The notes below the pieces were generated by a model. It searched no databases. It was not told the origin of the DNA and was given only the letters and a program-made list of their open reading frames with translations. Below are positions 60,294 through 64,000 of a DNA stretch of 64,000 nucleotides, one piece after another (positions within the stretch are counted from its first letter, which is position 1; every line of letters begins with the position of its first letter). This stretch comes from Octopus sinensis. Taxonomy: Eukaryota. The DNA is taken from the NCBI RefSeq assembly GCF_006345805.1, contig NC_043000.1, positions 149,110,001 to 149,174,000 of the forward strand. Reading direction: 5' to 3'. A program made the position numbers and the translations under genes.

Positions 60294-63200
60294 AAGATTT
60301 TCTGGGCAGGGAACACTGACGGAGTCGGGGGCGTGGGTATACTCTCTTGCGGAGAAATGGGTAGGTAAGGTAATCGAGGTAGTCAGAGTAAGTGACAGAG
60401 TAATTAAAATTAGATTAGTTCTTCACCATAGGACAGCTACCATCATCTCGGCATATGCCCCTCAACCAGGGCTACCGGAAGGACAAAAAGACCAATTCTA
60501 TGACACCCTATTGCGGACTACCTCATTGACAAATGACAGTGACCTTCTCTTCGTGGCAGGTGATTTCAATGGACATGTTGGACGACATGTCGGGGGCTTC
60601 CGTGGCGTCCATGGAGCTACGGTTTTGGCTCTCGAAATGAGGAAGGAACCAGGCTGCTGGAGTTCTGCGATGCAAATGACCTTATGGTCTGCAATACCCA
60701 CTTCAGGAAACCCACCTCTCACCTAGTCACCTACCGTTCTGGCAGACACACCAGCCAGATTGACTACATCCTTGCCAGAAAAAGGGAAAGAGGGCTGATT
60801 ATAAATGCCAAAACCTTCCCAGGCGAAGAATGTACTCCCCAACATAGATTAGTAGTTAGCGACTTCAGGATCAGAGCTAAATGGTTGCCCAGAAGAAGAC
60901 CAGCTTGGAGGAGAAGGGTCTGGAAGCTTAAAGATCCTGCAAATGGACAGAGATTTAGAGACATACTACTCGAAGCCTCTGACGAAATAGAAGGGGATAT
61001 AGCTTCACTTAATGTGGAAGACAACTGGAGATTCCTACGGGACAATCTGCTGACAGCCACTGACCAGATCTGTGGATGGAGCAAAGTACCATCTCGACCC
61101 AGAGTAACATGGTGGTGGAACACTGTGGTTGACAGGGCTATTAGACAAAAGAGACAGGCTTGGAAGGACTGGAAGAACGGTGGTAGCAGGGAATTGTATC
61201 AGACAGCCAAAAGGGAAGCTAGGAGACAGGTTTATTTAGCCAGAGAGAAGCGGATAAGAAAAAATTTGCCAATGTTCTGAGCCGTGAGGATGAAAGACTT
61301 GAGGTATTTCGTGTTGCAAGACAGTGTGTGAGAGAGAATCGTGATGTGGTAGGAGAGAAGTGTGTTCGCATGGATGATGGTTCACTTGCGCTAAATGAGG
61401 ATGCAAAGAGAGAGGTTTGGAGATGCCACTATGAAAGGTTGCTGAATAAAGAAAATGAATGGGATAAAGAGAGTCTGCCGAATGTTGACCCAACAGAGGG
61501 ACCAGCTATCCGAGTTGATAGTTCCGTGGTAGCTAAGGCAATTAGAAGCATGAAGACAGGGAAAGCCCCAGGCCCATCAGGAATTACTGCAGAGATGCTC
61601 AAAATATCTGGCAGTGTCGGCTATAACCTAGTCACCCGTATAGTCAACCAGGTGATACACGAAGGAGTCATACCCAATGACTGGTGTAGCAGCATACTAG
61701 TCAACTGCTACAAAGGTAAAGGTGATGCCCTGGATACAAATAATTACAGAGGTATCAAGCTGTTGGATCAGGTAATGAAGGTTACGGAGAGGGTCATAGC
61801 CCAACTAATTAGAGAGAGAGTTAGTTTAGATGAGATGCAGTTTGGGTTTGTCCCAGGGAAAAGCACCACTGATGCTATATTCCTGGTAAGGCAGCTGCAG
61901 GAGAAATACCTAGCCAAAGATAAGCCCCTGTACCTGGCTTTCGTTGACATGGAGAAAGCCTTTGATAGGGTCCCCCGTTCCCTCATCTGGTGGTCAATGA
62001 GGAAACTAGGGATAGAAATGGCTGGTGAGGGCTGTGCAAGCCATGTACAGAGATGCCGTAAGTAAGGTTAGAGTTGGCAGCATGTACACAGAAGAATTCA
62101 AGGTAGAGGTTGGGGTCCACCAGGGTTCAGTACTCAGCCCCCTCCTATTTATCATAGTCCTCCAGGCAATTGTGGAGGAATTCAAGACAGGTTGCCCCTG
62201 GGAGCTCCTCTATGCTGACGACCTCGCTCTAATCGCTGAGTCACTATCAGAACTGGAGGAGAAGTTCCAGGTGTGGAAGGAGGGTTTAGAATCGAGGGGC
62301 CTTAGAGTCAACCTAGCTAAAACCAAAGTACTAATAAGTAGAAAGTTAGAAAATCCACAAATATCCTCAGGAAGATGGCCCTGCTCGATCTGTAGAAAAG
62401 GTGTAGGTAGAAACTCTATAAGATGTACCCAGTGTAAGCTATGGACACATAAGAGGTGCAGCAATGTCAAAGGTAGGCTAACTGGGAAGATAGTTTTTGT
62501 ATGTGGCAGATGCTCTGGAGCATTGACCTCCGAAAATCTGCAGAAAACAACTTCCGTCACTTTCCGGGGGAAAAACTAGAAGTAGTTGATAGCTTCCGCT
62601 ATCTAGGTGACCAAGTCAGTAGTGGGGGCGGGTGCGCTGAAAGTGTAACTGCTAGAATAAGAATAGCCTGGGCAAAGTTTAGGGAGCTCTTACCTCTGCT
62701 GGTGACTAAAGGCCTCTCGCTCAGAGTAAAAGCAGACTGTATGATGCATGTGTACGAACAGCTATGCTACATGGCAGTGAACATGGGCCGTGACTGCTGA
62801 GGACATGCGTAAGCTTGTGAGGAACGAAGCCAGTATGCTCCGATGGATGTGTAATGTCAGTGTACTTACTCGACAGAGCGTTAGTACCTTGAGAGAAATG
62901 TTGTACCTAAGAAGCATCAGTTGTTGTGTGCAGAGAGACGATTGCGCTGGTATGGTCATGTGGCGAGAATGGATGAAGATAGGTGTGTGAGAAAGTGCCA
63001 ATCCCTAGCAGTTGAGGGAACCCGTGGAAGAGGTAGACCCAGGAAAACCTGGGACGAAGTGGTGAAGCACGACCTTCGGACGTTAGGTCTCACCATGGAA
63101 ATGACTAGAGACCGAGACCTATGGAAGTATGCTGTGCGTGAGAAGACCCGGCAAGACTAGTGAAGCCATAATCCGTGGCCCCTACCTGGGACGTAGTCAG

Positions 63201-63788
63201 TCCACCTGTGCATACCTTCCTTCTTGTGACACTTGTGAAGACCTGTTGAGGCAAGTGAGAATCGAATCGATCATCAAATCAAATCGAACCAAATCAAAAT
63301 AGATGAACATCAATGGAATTTGTATCCTTGTGGTACCAGTGCCGGTGGCACATAAGAAAACCATCCGAACGTGATCGTAGCCAGTACCGCAACGACTGGC
63401 CTCCGTGCTGAGGGCACATAACAAACACCATCCGAGCGTGGCCGTCCGCCAGCCCCGTCTGGCACCTGTGTCGGTGACACATAAGAAAACACCATCCGAG
63501 CGTGGCCGTCAGCCAGCCTCGTCTGGCACCTGTGTCGGTGGCACATAAAAAACACCATCCGAGCGTGGCCGTCTGCCAGCCTCGTCTGGCACCTGTGTCG
63601 GTGGCACATAAAATCACCCACTACACTCTCGGAGTGGTTGGCGTTAGGAAGGGCATCCAGCTGTAGAAACACACTGCCAGATCTGACTGGCCTGGTGCAG
63701 CCTTCGGGCTTGCCAGACCCCAGTTGAACCGTCCAACCCATGCTAGCATGGAAAGCGGACGTTAAACGATGATGATGATGATGATGAT
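60294..63788 (+). mobile_element. Young 5'-truncated RTE-clade LINE (partial APE, RT with PHD finger, hairpin-array 3' UTR, (GAT)n tail)
   Basis: ORF pieces ...GDFNGHVG, SQIDYIL, EMQFGFVPGKSTTDAIF, FVDMEKAFDRVP, ELLYADDL and RWYGHV are linked by about eight small frameshifts with no independent in-frame stops noticed. Confidence 0.93.
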
Positions 63789-64000
63789 ATAAATATATAT
63801 TATATAATTATATAATATATATAATATATAGACATATATATATATAGTATATATATTATATAACATTTATATAATATATATATATACATTTATATATATA
63901 TATATTATATCTTATTATATATATATGTATGTATGTATGTATATATATACACTTTTAAGACGTACATAGCCTTGCAGCAATTTGAACATGCTCTATGGTG

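Overview
AT-rich, microsatellite-dense animal genomic DNA. The repeat content suggests a coleoid cephalopod (probably Octopus); this is recognition from memory, not a database match. Only one host coding exon is supportable: the first coding exon of a CDK4/6-family kinase (exon 36930-37214, CDS from 36970, + strand). Its next exon is not visible, implying an intron of more than 26 kb. A relatively CpG-rich unique region near 15.2-17.7 kb may be its promoter and 5' UTR. Almost everything else is transposon-derived. There are two RTE-clade LINE families: one with a nested DD36E Tc1 element and three C-terminal C2H2 fingers, and one with a PHD finger inside the RT region and a hairpin-array 3' UTR that leaves many short 3' stubs. 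Also present are an RTE-derived bipartite non-autonomous element, three main tRNA-headed SINE families (CORE-like, Meta-like, V-like), non-autonomous Helitrons, TTAA and TA MITEs, and Tc1/mariner and CR1 remnants. The most unusual signals are four hammerhead-ribozyme-like cores (two in the arms of a ~490 bp palindrome built from a tRNA-headed element) and several long fold-back palindromes inside the putative CDK4/6 transcription unit. Coordinates were read by hand and may be off by a few bases; identities are visual estimates.
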